From the NCBI GenBank assembly GCA_963752365.1, contig CAVVXY010000004.1, positions 3,903 through 67,902 on the forward strand: a DNA stretch of 64,000 nt, read 5' to 3'. The stretch's first letter is position 1; every line of letters starts with the position of its first letter. Of this stretch, positions 1 to 8,680 are shown piece after piece. Position numbers and translations under genes: made by a program. This DNA is from an uncultured Actinomycetota bacterium (GTDB taxonomy: Bacteria; Actinomycetota; Actinomycetes; Actinomycetales; Dermatophilaceae). The notes beneath the pieces are model-generated. The model saw only the letters and a list, made by a program, of their open reading frames with translations, did no database searches and was not told the origin of the DNA.

Positions 1-624
1 TCCGGCGACACGCTTCTCGTCAGCCCGCGCGCCCGCATTCAGCAGCGTCGGGCCCATGCCCTGATCCACCACGAGGTGGGGACCCACCTGGTGACCCAGG
101 TCAACGGTTCGGCTCAACCCGTCAAGGTGCTCGGCACCGGGCTCGCCGGGTACGACGAGACGCAGGAGGGCCTGGCCGTCCTCGCCGAGGTCGCGTGTGG
201 CGGGCTCACCGCCTTCCGGCTGCGACAGCTCGCGGGCCGCGTGCTCACGGTGCACCGGCTCGTCGAGGGCGCGACCTTCCGCGAGGCGCAGGAGGCGCTG
301 GTGGACCAGGGGTTCCCGGAGAGCAGCGCCTTCACGACCACGATGCGGGTCTACCGCGCCGGGGGCCTGACGAAGGACGCGATCTACCTGCGCGGACTCG
401 TCGACCTCCTCGCCCACGTCCGCGACGGCGGGGACGTCGAGCTGCTGTTCCTCGGGAAGTTCTCGCTGCGGGACCTGCCTCTGGTCGCCGGCCTGGCGGC
501 GGACGGCATTCTCCGTCCCGCCCGGCTCCGCCCACGACACCTCGCGGACCATTCCTCCCGCGAGCGCCTCGAACGCGCCGCGAACGGCCCCGCCCTGCAC
601 GCCATCCTGGAAGGACACCCATGA
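1..624 (+). CDS. DUF1704 / QEGLA-motif protein (MATCAP-like putative carboxypeptidase), C-terminal fragment; 5' end outside window
   Basis: Frame is open from base 1. ORF 76..624 carries the family signature ETQEGLAVLAE. Third positions are G/C-rich. Stop overlaps the next start (ATGA 621-624). Confidence 0.7.
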   Translation, partial: SGDTLLVSPRARIQQRRAHALIHHEVGTHLVTQVNGSAQPVKVLGTGLAGYDETQEGLAVLAEVACGGLTAFRLRQLAGRVLTVHRLVEGATFREAQEALVDQGFPESSAFTTTMRVYRAGGLTKDAIYLRGLVDLLAHVRDGGDVELLFLGKFSLRDLPLVAGLAADGILRPARLRPRHLADHSSRERLERAANGPALHAILEGHP

Positions 625-1661
625 AGATCGGATTCGTCGTCAACGACGTCGCCACCGAGAAGGCGCAGTACACGACCAACCGCCTCGCCCTCGCCGCCAA
701 GGAGCAGGGCCACGAGGCGTGGCTCATGGGCGTCGGGGACTTCAGCTACAAGCCGGACGGGTCGCTCGCCACGACGGCGGTCACGGCCTCCGGCAAGAGG
801 TACCGCTCGCTGGACCGTCACCTGGCGGATTTGCAGAAGCCCGACATCGAGCAGCTCATCGACCTCGAGGAGTTCGACGTCGTCATGCTGCGCAACGACC
901 CGGCCGAGGATGCGGAGAGTGCGCCGTGGGCCAACAACGCAGGCGTCGCCTTCGGTCAGCTCATCGCCTCGATGGGCGTCCTCGTCGTCAACGACCCGAC
1001 CAGCCTGGCGAACGCTCTCTCCAAGGCGTACTTCCAGCACTTCCCCGAGGTCGTGCGGCCTCGGACCCTCATCTCCCGGGACGTGGAGCTGATCAAGGCC
1101 TTCGTCGACGACCTCGGTGGCCGGGCGGTCCTCAAGCCCCTGCAGGGCTCCGGCGGGAGCGGGGTGTTCCTCATCAACAGCGCCGAGTCGCCCAACCTCA
1201 GCCAGATCGTCGAGGCGATCTCACGGGACGGCTATGTGGTCGCCCAGGAGTACCTGCCCCAGGCCGAGGAGGGTGACGTCCGGCTCTTCGTCATGAACGG
1301 CCGACCGCTCGAGGTCGACGGCAAGTACGCGGCGTTCCGGCGAATGCCGAGCAGCACCGACATGCGGTCCAACATGTCCGTCGGCGGCAAGGCGGCGAAG
1401 GCCAGGGTGACCGAGGAGATGCTGCACATGGTCGATGTCGTCCGGCCCAAGCTCGTCGCCGACGGCATGTTCCTCTGCGGGCTCGACATCGTCGGCGACA
1501 AGCTCATGGAGATCAACGTCTTCAGCCCCGGGGGCCTGGGCAGCTGCCAGGCCCTCCAGCAGGTCGACTACGCCCCGGTGATCATCGAGGAGCTCGAGCG
1601 CAAGGTGCGCATCCGCAAGCACAACCCGGGGCTGGACAACAGGAGCCTGGCCACGAGCTGA
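621..1661 (+). CDS. ATP-grasp ligase, glutathione-synthetase/RimK-like
   Basis: Internal ATG 621 of ORF 195..1661 (MKIGFVVNDV...). ATP-grasp-like LKPLQGSGGSGVF and MEINVFSPGG. The upstream part of the ORF is Arg/Pro-rich out-of-frame noise. Confidence 0.8.
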   Translation: MKIGFVVNDVATEKAQYTTNRLALAAKEQGHEAWLMGVGDFSYKPDGSLATTAVTASGKRYRSLDRHLADLQKPDIEQLIDLEEFDVVMLRNDPAEDAESAPWANNAGVAFGQLIASMGVLVVNDPTSLANALSKAYFQHFPEVVRPRTLISRDVELIKAFVDDLGGRAVLKPLQGSGGSGVFLINSAESPNLSQIVEAISRDGYVVAQEYLPQAEEGDVRLFVMNGRPLEVDGKYAAFRRMPSSTDMRSNMSVGGKAAKARVTEEMLHMVDVVRPKLVADGMFLCGLDIVGDKLMEINVFSPGGLGSCQALQQVDYAPVIIEELERKVRIRKHNPGLDNRSLATS

Positions 1662-1672
1662 CGTCGGGACGG

Positions 1673-2785
1673 TCAGACGTGGACGACCCACTCGGCGTAG
1701 AACAGCCCGAGCCCGGCGGCCACGCAGATCCCGGCGATGATCCAGAACCGGATGACGATCGTGATCTCGGCCCAGCCGAGGAGCTCGAAGTGGTGGTGGA
1801 GCGGCGCCATCCGGAAGACGCGCTTCCCCCGGAGCCTGAAGCTCAGGATCTGGATGATGACCGACGCCGTGATGATGACGAAGAGGCCGCCGAGGACGAC
1901 GAGCAGCAGCTCGGTCCGGGTGAGGACCGCGAAGCCGGCCAGGCCCGCGCCCAACGACAGCGAGCCGGTGTCGCCCATGATGATCCGCGCCGGCGAGGCG
2001 TTCCACCAGAGGAAGCCGAAGCAGGCGCCGGCCACCGAGCAGGCGACCGCGGCGAGGTCGAGGGCGTTGCTCACGTCGTAGCAGGTGGCGGTCGCGACGA
2101 GGTCGCAGCTCTGGTTGTGCTGCCAGACGCTGATGAGCGTGTAGGCCCCGAAGACCATGGTCGACGCACCCGCGGCGAGGCCGTCGAGGCCGTCGGTGAT
2201 GTTGACGCCGTTCGAGGCGCCGGTGATGAGGAAGTTCGCCCAGACGATGAAGAGGAGGACGCCGCCGACCGACCCGGCCATGCCGAGGTCGAGGCCCGTG
2301 TCGCGGACGAAGGAGACCGCGGTCGAGGCCGGCGTGCGCCCCCGGTCGTCCTCGAGGAGCAGCGCGCCGAGCGCGAAGAGGACGGTGACGAATGCCTGAC
2401 CGGCGAGCTTCTGCTTCGACGTCAGTCCCAGGCTCCGCTCCTTGGAGACCTTCGTGTAGTCGTCGAGGAAGCCGACGAGCCCGAGCCCGAGCATGAGGAA
2501 GAGCACGAGGGCCGCGCTCAGCGAGAAGGAGCCGGGTTCACGCTTGAGCAGCCCCGCGGCATTCAGCCCCATGAAGACGAGGTGGGAGCCGACGTAGCCG
2601 AGCACGGCCGCGGCGAGGATGACGACGCCGCCCATCGTCGGCTTGCCGCGCTTGTAGTGGTGGTGGGTCAGGTCGTCGTGGATGAACTGCCCGTAGCTGC
2701 GCCGGACGAGGAACCGCGCGAAGAGCGGCGTCGCGAGGAGGGCGACGAACATCGAGATGCCCCCGGCCAGCAGGATGTTGACCAT
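1673..2785 (-). CDS. mraY: phospho-N-acetylmuramoyl-pentapeptide transferase
   Basis: ORF 1673..2854, with the start moved to ATG 2785, which is preceded by GGAGGAG. MraY motifs HHYKRGKPTMGG, NGVNITDGLDGLAAG, MGDTGSLSLG, RMAPLHHHFELLGW. Confidence 0.9.
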   Translation of the reverse strand: MVNILLAGGISMFVALLATPLFARFLVRRSYGQFIHDDLTHHHYKRGKPTMGGVVILAAAVLGYVGSHLVFMGLNAAGLLKREPGSFSLSAALVLFLMLGLGLVGFLDDYTKVSKERSLGLTSKQKLAGQAFVTVLFALGALLLEDDRGRTPASTAVSFVRDTGLDLGMAGSVGGVLLFIVWANFLITGASNGVNITDGLDGLAAGASTMVFGAYTLISVWQHNQSCDLVATATCYDVSNALDLAAVACSVAGACFGFLWWNASPARIIMGDTGSLSLGAGLAGFAVLTRTELLLVVLGGLFVIITASVIIQILSFRLRGKRVFRMAPLHHHFELLGWAEITIVIRFWIIAGICVAAGLGLFYAEWVVHV

Positions 2786-2937
2786 CGGCGCTCCTCCTCG
2801 CTCGGCCCGCGCCGCAGGCATTCCGCGACCCCCCATCCTCCGCGCCGGGGACACGCACCCCGCGGGACCCGCCCCGGCGTGTCCCTCTCGTGATGAATGC
2901 AGCGCGGCGCGCAGCCGGTCAGCGTCGCATTCCTCGG

Positions 2938-4125
2938 TCAGGACAGGGCCTCGCGGAGGAGGGCACCCATCGCGCGAACGCCTGCGACGAGGCGGTCGTC
3001 GGGGACGCCGGAGAAGCTCATCCGGGCGTGGTGTCGCTCAGGCCGGTCGGCGAAGAAGGGCGCCCCCGGGACGACGATGACGCCCGAGCGCGGGATGAGC
3101 ACGTCCCTCTGGAATGCCGCGACGTCGAGCCCCTCGGGGAACGTCGCCCACGTGAAGAGCCCGCCCCGCGCGCGGGTCCACGTGATCCCCTCGGGGAAGC
3201 ATTCGGCCATCGTCGCGAGCATGAGGTCGCGCTTGCGGCGGTAGGTCGGGAGCATCCCGGCGATGTGCGCGTCGACGTCGAAGCCGGCGAGGTAACCGGC
3301 GGCGGCCCGCATGTTGAGGGTGCCGTTCTGGGTGTCGGCGGCGAGCTTGAGCAGAGCGAGCTTGTCGTGGACCTCGGGCTGCGCGACCGCCCAGCCGAGC
3401 CGGAGCCCGGGGGCGAGGATCTTGGAGAAGCTCCCGAGATGGACGACCCGGCCGTGCGGGTCGAGGCTGTGGATCGTCGGCACCCGCTCCCCCTCGTAGC
3501 GGAGCTCGCGGTAGGGCGTGTCCTCGAGGACGACGACGTCGTACTCCTCGGCGAGCTCGACGAGCCGGCGGCGACGCTCGAGGCTCATCGTCCGGCCGGT
3601 CGGGTTCTGGAAGTCAGGGACCGTGTAGACGATCTTGACCCGGTCGGTCGTCCGCAGGATCTCCTCGAGGGCGTCGGTGTCCATGCCGTCCTCGTCCATC
3701 GGCACCGACCTGTAGTCCGGCTCGCACGGGTTGAAGGCGATGATCGCGCCGAGGAAGGTCGGCCGCTCGGTGACGATGACGTCGCCCGGGTCGACGAACA
3801 GCTTGGCCGTGAGGTCGAGGCCCTGCTGGCCGCCCTGGATGATGAGGACGTCGTCGGCGGTGCACGGCATCCCGTCGGCGCCGAGCCGCGCAGCGACGAG
3901 GGCGCGCAGCTCCGGCAGCCCCTCCGAGGCCGTGTACTGGAGCGCGGAGGCATTGTCCGGGGAGAGCAGGTCGTCGTAGATCTTGTGCAGCTCGTCGATG
4001 GGGAACAGACCCGGGTCGGGGTAGCCACCGGCGAAGGAGGTGATCGAGGGGTCGCCGGCGAGCGCGAGGAACTCGCGGATGGCCGAGGGCTGGATCCGGT
4101 CGGCCCGTCGGGCGAATGCCGTCAC
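2938..4125 (-). CDS. PLP-dependent aminotransferase, class I/II (AspC / 2-aminoadipate aminotransferase-like)
   Basis: ORF 2938..4125, GTG start. Motifs PDFQNPTG and the PLP-lysine context GSFSKILAPGLRLGW. Length 395 aa. Confidence 0.85.
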   Translation of the reverse strand: MTAFARRADRIQPSAIREFLALAGDPSITSFAGGYPDPGLFPIDELHKIYDDLLSPDNASALQYTASEGLPELRALVAARLGADGMPCTADDVLIIQGGQQGLDLTAKLFVDPGDVIVTERPTFLGAIIAFNPCEPDYRSVPMDEDGMDTDALEEILRTTDRVKIVYTVPDFQNPTGRTMSLERRRRLVELAEEYDVVVLEDTPYRELRYEGERVPTIHSLDPHGRVVHLGSFSKILAPGLRLGWAVAQPEVHDKLALLKLAADTQNGTLNMRAAAGYLAGFDVDAHIAGMLPTYRRKRDLMLATMAECFPEGITWTRARGGLFTWATFPEGLDVAAFQRDVLIPRSGVIVVPGAPFFADRPERHHARMSFSGVPDDRLVAGVRAMGALLREALS

Positions 4126-4133
4126 GCCGGCCC

Positions 4134-4790
4134 TCAGCCGAAGGCCAGGCCGCCGGGGCGGCCCTCGCGCAGGGCGGTGAGGTGCTCGTCGTAGTTCAGG
4201 ACGTCGAAGAGGGACGTGCCCTGGAGCATCCGGGCCTGAAGCCCCTTCTCGCGCGCCTCGATCGTCTCGGCTCCCTCGAGGGCGGCGAGGAGCTCCTCCT
4301 CGGTGCCGACGACGAGCCCGTCGTCGTCGCCGACGACGACCTCTCCCGGCGCGACCCGGACGCCGTCGAGCGACAGCGCGACGCCGGTCTCGGGGAGCGC
4401 GGTCGCGCCATAGGCGTCGGGCGCGAACCCGGTCGACCAGACCGGCATCGACAGCCGGGCGAGGGCGCGGGTGTCCCGGGTCCGGCCGAGGATGACGAGC
4501 CCGGCGAGCCCACGCCGCTGCGCCTCGGTGCCGAAGAGCTCACCGGCGACCGCCCGGTCGTCCCCGCCGGCGTCGACGACGAGGACGTCGCCCGGGCCGG
4601 ACTCGCGCAGGGCGTGGATGACCGACATGAGGTCGCGGTTCGCGCGGGCGGTGACGACGCGGCCCACGAGGTGGCCGCCCGGGACGACGGGACGGAGGGG
4701 GTGCGGCAGGACCCGGAGCGTGCGCCCGGCGTCGACCAGGCTCGTCGTCGAGAGTCGCGCGAGGCGGGAGAGGATGTCTCCGGTCGTCAT
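4134..4790 (-). CDS. RraA-family protein (HMG/CHA aldolase or oxaloacetate decarboxylase-like)
   Basis: ORF 4134..4790. RraA-like core GDVLVVDAGGDDRAVAGELFGTEAQRRGLAGLVILG. Start overlaps the upstream stop (ATGA 4787-4790). Confidence 0.8.
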   Translation of the reverse strand: MTTGDILSRLARLSTTSLVDAGRTLRVLPHPLRPVVPGGHLVGRVVTARANRDLMSVIHALRESGPGDVLVVDAGGDDRAVAGELFGTEAQRRGLAGLVILGRTRDTRALARLSMPVWSTGFAPDAYGATALPETGVALSLDGVRVAPGEVVVGDDDGLVVGTEEELLAALEGAETIEAREKGLQARMLQGTSLFDVLNYDEHLTALREGRPGGLAFG

Positions 4791-4975
4791 GGCCGCTTCT
4801 TCCGGCCTCCGACGGCGACGACGATCCCGAGCAGGGCGACGAACGGACCGATCACGGCCCAGAGCCGCACCCCGCTCATCGCGCTGCCACCGACGACGCC
4901 GAGCCCTTGGAGGGTCCAGAGCACACCGACGGCGACGAGCACGCCGGCGAGGACGAGGGTGAGGGTCCTGTTCAT
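4787..4975 (-). CDS. small two-TM membrane protein, unknown function
   Basis: Internal ATG 4975 of ORF 4787..5026 (MNRTLTLVLAGVLVAVGVLW...). TAGGCT lies 7 nt upstream (leaderless pattern). Two hydrophobic helices and a basic tail. Confidence 0.55.
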   Translation of the reverse strand: MNRTLTLVLAGVLVAVGVLWTLQGLGVVGGSAMSGVRLWAVIGPFVALLGIVVAVGGRKKRP

Positions 4976-4982
4976 GGGCCCC

Positions 4983-4988
4983 AGCCTA
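4983..4988 (-). promoter_or_regulatory. -10 box TAGGCT, leaderless promoter of the small-TM/RraA/aminotransferase operon
   Basis: TANNNT hexamer 7 nt upstream of ATG 4975, with no Shine-Dalgarno in between. Confidence 0.45.
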
Positions 4989-5169
4989 GGGTCCTCAACT
5001 GGACCGCGCGGCAAGCGTTTACGCATTCTCCGAAGTGGGCGCGGGGGTGACCCCGAATGTGGCCTATCCCTCCTCTGATCTGGTCGGACGCCCTCCGGGG
5101 CGGTGGTGGAATGGAGGCGCCGGTCAGAGCAGACGGGTCAACAGGCGAATGCGGAATGGAGTTCCGACA

Positions 5170-7008
5170 ATGGTCGATGTGGACAAGGTGCTGGACGAGG
5201 CTGGGTTGCACAACGCGGCCGTGCGGGACTACGTGCGGCACTGGGCCGAGCACCTGACCCCCGACCGCGTCGAGGTCGTGAGCGCGTCGGACGACGCCCG
5301 CCTCGTGCAGGAGGCGCTCGCCGCTGGGGAGATCCTGCCCGCCGGCGACGGCCTCTACTACTCGCGCTCCTACTCCAAGGACACGGCCCGCTCCGAGGAG
5401 CGGACCATCGTCGCGACGAGCCGCGAGGAGGACCGCGGGGTCTACAACAACTGGCGCCACACGGACGAGATCCGGCCGGTCGTCGAGGGCCACATGAGGG
5501 GCGCGATGGCCGGGAAGACGATGTACGTCATCCCCTACCTCATGGCCCCGCCCGGCTCCCCGCTCGTCAGGTACGCGGCCGGCGTCGAGATCACCGACAA
5601 CCGGACCGTCTGCCTCCACATGATCCGGATGGCCCGCGTCGGGATCGACCTCATCGACGGCCTCGCCGAGCCGGACCACTTCGTCCGCGCCGTCCACGTG
5701 ACCGGCGACCTGCCGAACCTCGGCCAGGGCACCCCCGACGACAAGCGCTACTTCGTCACCGTCGCCGACGAGCGGACGATCCTCCACTTCGGCAGCAGCT
5801 ACGGCGGCAACGCCCTGCTCGGCAAGATCGCGCACGGCCTGCGGCAGGCGGCCTACGACGGCTGGCGGAGCGGAGAGTTCCTCTCCGAGCAGTTCATGCT
5901 CCTCGGCATTCTCGACAAGGAGACGGGCAAGACCTGGCACGTCTGCGGCGGCTTCCCGAGTGCATCCGGCAAGACGAACCTCGCGATGACCCTCGCGCCC
6001 GACGCCCTCGGCGACCGCTACCACGTGTCCTTCTACGGCGACGACATCGCCTGGCTGTGGGTCGACCCGGACAGCGGCGACCTGCTCGCGCTCAACCCGG
6101 AGAACGGCGTCTTCGGCGTCGCCAAGGACACCAACGAGAAGACGAACCCGACCGCGCTCCGGTCGATCGGGGCCGGCTCCACCGCACTGTTCACGAATGT
6201 CGCCTACAACGAGGGCAGCCACGAGGTCTGGTGGGAGGGCCGGACGCCCGAGCGTCCGAGCGACCTCACCGGGTGGATCGACTGGAAGGGCGAGCGGATC
6301 GCCGACCGCAACCCCGACGAGTCCGGAGACCCGTGGGCGCACCCGAACAGCCGCTTCACGACGAGCCTGGCCAACGTGCCCAACGTCGCCGCCGACTACG
6401 ACGACCCCCAGGGCGTCAAGATCGACGCGATCATCTTCGGCGGCCGCACACGCGACCGCGAGCCGCTCGTCCGGGCGATCACCGACCTCCCCGAGGGCGT
6501 CTACGACGGCCTGACGCTGGGCGCGGAGGCGACCTTCGCCGCCGAGGGCGTCGAGGGCAAGCTCCGCTACGACCCGATGTCGATGCGGCCGTTCATGTCC
6601 TACGGCGAGGGCGCCTACGCCCAGCACTGGCTCGACATCGTGGGCGCGGCCAGGGAGCAGCCGATCTTCGCCCACGTCAACTGGTTCCAGCGCGACGCCG
6701 AGGACGGCCACTTCCTCTGGCCGGGCTATCGCGAGAACCTCCGCGCCCTCCTCTGGCTCTGCCGGTACAGGGACGGCGAGGTGAAGGGCCAGGAGACCGC
6801 CGTCGGTGTCATCCCGACGCAGGAGGAGCTCGACCTCGCCGGGCTCGACCTCCCGCAGGCCGACCTCGACCGCGTCCTGACGATCGACCTCCCGCGCTGG
6901 CGTGAGGAGATGGGCTTCCGCGAGGAGCACCTGGCGCAGTTCCGCGACCTGCCCGAGGAGATCTGGGAGGCCCACCGCCGGGTGGCCAAGGCGCTCGACG
7001 AGAGCTGA
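5170..7008 (+). CDS. pckG: phosphoenolpyruvate carboxykinase (GTP)
   Basis: Internal ATG 5170 of ORF 5035..7008, with GGAG 9 nt upstream. GTP-PEPCK motifs GGFPSASGKTNLAM and FGGRTRDREPLV. Length 613 aa. Confidence 0.95.
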   Translation: MVDVDKVLDEAGLHNAAVRDYVRHWAEHLTPDRVEVVSASDDARLVQEALAAGEILPAGDGLYYSRSYSKDTARSEERTIVATSREEDRGVYNNWRHTDEIRPVVEGHMRGAMAGKTMYVIPYLMAPPGSPLVRYAAGVEITDNRTVCLHMIRMARVGIDLIDGLAEPDHFVRAVHVTGDLPNLGQGTPDDKRYFVTVADERTILHFGSSYGGNALLGKIAHGLRQAAYDGWRSGEFLSEQFMLLGILDKETGKTWHVCGGFPSASGKTNLAMTLAPDALGDRYHVSFYGDDIAWLWVDPDSGDLLALNPENGVFGVAKDTNEKTNPTALRSIGAGSTALFTNVAYNEGSHEVWWEGRTPERPSDLTGWIDWKGERIADRNPDESGDPWAHPNSRFTTSLANVPNVAADYDDPQGVKIDAIIFGGRTRDREPLVRAITDLPEGVYDGLTLGAEATFAAEGVEGKLRYDPMSMRPFMSYGEGAYAQHWLDIVGAAREQPIFAHVNWFQRDAEDGHFLWPGYRENLRALLWLCRYRDGEVKGQETAVGVIPTQEELDLAGLDLPQADLDRVLTIDLPRWREEMGFREEHLAQFRDLPEEIWEAHRRVAKALDES

Positions 7009-7019
7009 GTCTCGGGTTG

Positions 7020-7077
7020 GAGTTATCGGGTCACCCGATAACTCTGCGGAATACAGGGAAGACTTCCCTGTATTCCG
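7020..7077 (+). terminator. two adjacent perfect palindromes downstream of pckG
   Basis: GAGTTATCGGGT-C-ACCCGATAACTC (7020-7044) and CGGAATACAGGGAAG-A-CTTCCCTGTATTCCG (7047-7077), 12 nt after the pckG stop. The stretch is AT-richer than its surroundings. Confidence 0.6.
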
Positions 7078-7121
7078 TCGGCTTGTCTGTAGCCGCGCCG
7101 TCCCAGAGGACGGTCGCCGGA

Positions 7122-7127
7122 TAGGTT
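7122..7127 (+). promoter_or_regulatory. -10 box TAGGTT, leaderless promoter
   Basis: TAGGTT lies 7 nt upstream of GTG 7135. Confidence 0.45.
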
Positions 7128-7134
7128 CACCGAT

Positions 7135-8277
7135 GTGAATGCATCCGGCTCGGGGCCGCTCGCCGGCGTGCGGGTCGTCGAGATGGCCGGGATCGGCCCG
7201 GCGCCGTTCGCGGCGATGATCCTCGCCGAGCTCGGGGCCGACGTCGTTCGGGTCGAACGGCCCGGGGGCGTCTCGCCGATGGCCGCCGCCGACGGGCTCC
7301 AGCGCTCACGGCCCAATGTGGCGCTCGACCTCAAGCACCCGGACGGGGCGGCGGTCGTCCGGCGCCTCGCGGCGGGCGCGGACGTCCTCGTCGAGGGGAT
7401 GCGGCCGGGCGCGATGGAGCGCCTGGGCCTCGGCCCCGACGAGCTCCTCGGGCTCAACCCGCGGCTCGTCTACGGGCGGATGACCGGCTGGGGGCAGGAC
7501 GGGCCGTGGGCGCAGGCGGCCGGACACGACATCACGTACGCCGCGATCACCGGCGCCCTCCACGCGTGCGGCCCCGCGGGCAAGCCGACCCCGCCGCTCA
7601 ACGTCCTCGCCGACTTCGCCGGCGGCTCGCTGCCGCTCGTCATCGGGGTCCTCGCCGCGCTCCAGTCCCGCGAGCGGACGGGGAAGGGGCAGGTCGTCGA
7701 CGCCGCGATGGTCGATGGAGCGGTGTCGCTGCTCTCGATGGTCCACGGCCTCCTCGACGCGGGCCTGTGGCAGGACCGGCGCGGCGTCAACCTCCTCGAC
7801 GGCGGCGTCCCGTTCTACGACACCTACGAGTGCGCGGACGGGCGCTGGGTCGCCGTCGGCGCGCTCGAGCCGCAGTTCTGGGGGGAGCTCAACCGCATTC
7901 TCGGACTGTCCTTCGAGCGGGCGCAGGAGGACCCGGCGGGCTTCGACGCCCAGCGCACTGCGTACGCCGCCGCCTTCCGGACCCGGACGCGCGACGAGTG
8001 GGCGACGGTCTTCGAGGGCTCCGACGCGTGCGTCGCGCCCGTCCTGTCGCTCGAGGAGGCGCCGGCGCACCCCCACCTCGCCGCGCGGAATGCCTTCGCC
8101 GACCTCCCGGGCGGCCGTGCCCCTCGTGTGGCGCCCCGCTTCTCGGCGACGCCGTCCCCGGCCCCGACCCCGGCCCAGCCGGTCGGGTCGGGGACCGTCG
8201 CCGTCCTCCTCGCCGACGGCTTCACCCAGGACGAGGTCGACGCCCTCCTCGCCTCCGGCGCGGCCGTCCAGGCCTGA
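7135..8277 (+). CDS. family III CoA-transferase (CaiB/BaiF), alpha-methylacyl-CoA racemase-like
   Basis: ORF 7135..8277, GTG start. N-terminal GPLAGVRVVEMAGIGPAPFAAMILAELGADVVRVERP is typical of the family. Confidence 0.85.
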   Translation: MNASGSGPLAGVRVVEMAGIGPAPFAAMILAELGADVVRVERPGGVSPMAAADGLQRSRPNVALDLKHPDGAAVVRRLAAGADVLVEGMRPGAMERLGLGPDELLGLNPRLVYGRMTGWGQDGPWAQAAGHDITYAAITGALHACGPAGKPTPPLNVLADFAGGSLPLVIGVLAALQSRERTGKGQVVDAAMVDGAVSLLSMVHGLLDAGLWQDRRGVNLLDGGVPFYDTYECADGRWVAVGALEPQFWGELNRILGLSFERAQEDPAGFDAQRTAYAAAFRTRTRDEWATVFEGSDACVAPVLSLEEAPAHPHLAARNAFADLPGGRAPRVAPRFSATPSPAPTPAQPVGSGTVAVLLADGFTQDEVDALLASGAAVQA

Positions 8278-8285
8278 GGCTCCCG

Positions 8286-8594
8286 ATGCCGTCCCGACGC
8301 CGACCCAGCAAGCACGCACGCGACCACATCCCCTTGGACGCCGCCCGCTTCCGGGACGCGGGGACGCGGGAGGACACCTACCGCGGGGCCCGGTGGACGG
8401 TGCGGTCGGTGACCGGGGCGTCGGCGACCCGCGCCTACCTCTGCCCGGGCTGCCAGCAGGACATCGCCCGGGGCACGGCCCATGTGGTCGCCTGGCCGGC
8501 CGACGGCGTCGGCGGGCTCGAGGACCGGCGGCATTGGCACACCGGCTGCTGGCAGCGGCGCGACGCCCGCCCGCCCGGCAGCGCCTACCGCTGA
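8286..8594 (+). CDS. small Cys/His zinc-ribbon-like protein, unknown function
   Basis: Internal ATG 8286 of ORF 7506..8594, 8 nt after the previous stop. YLCPGCQQ...HWHTGCW metal-binding pattern. Confidence 0.55.
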   Translation: MPSRRRPSKHARDHIPLDAARFRDAGTREDTYRGARWTVRSVTGASATRAYLCPGCQQDIARGTAHVVAWPADGVGGLEDRRHWHTGCWQRRDARPPGSAYR

Positions 8595-8680
8595 GTGACT
8601 GGCCCTTTCGAGCCATTCCCCGCGTGGTCCCCCCCGCGTAGCGTCGGCCTCTGGGAGGTCCCCTGCCGAAAGGTCCACCC

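Noticed and set aside
4972-6975. 667-aa ORF antisense to pckG. Similar long antisense or alternative-frame ORFs occur at 8585..10696, 33382..35208, 49311..50873, 54293..56254, 58630..60234, 25904..27382 and elsewhere.
   Set aside because: Their translations are Arg/Pro/Gly/Asp-rich low-complexity strings with no recognisable domains. They overlap genes that have clear family signatures on the other strand or frame. Long stop-free antisense frames are expected at this G+C content.
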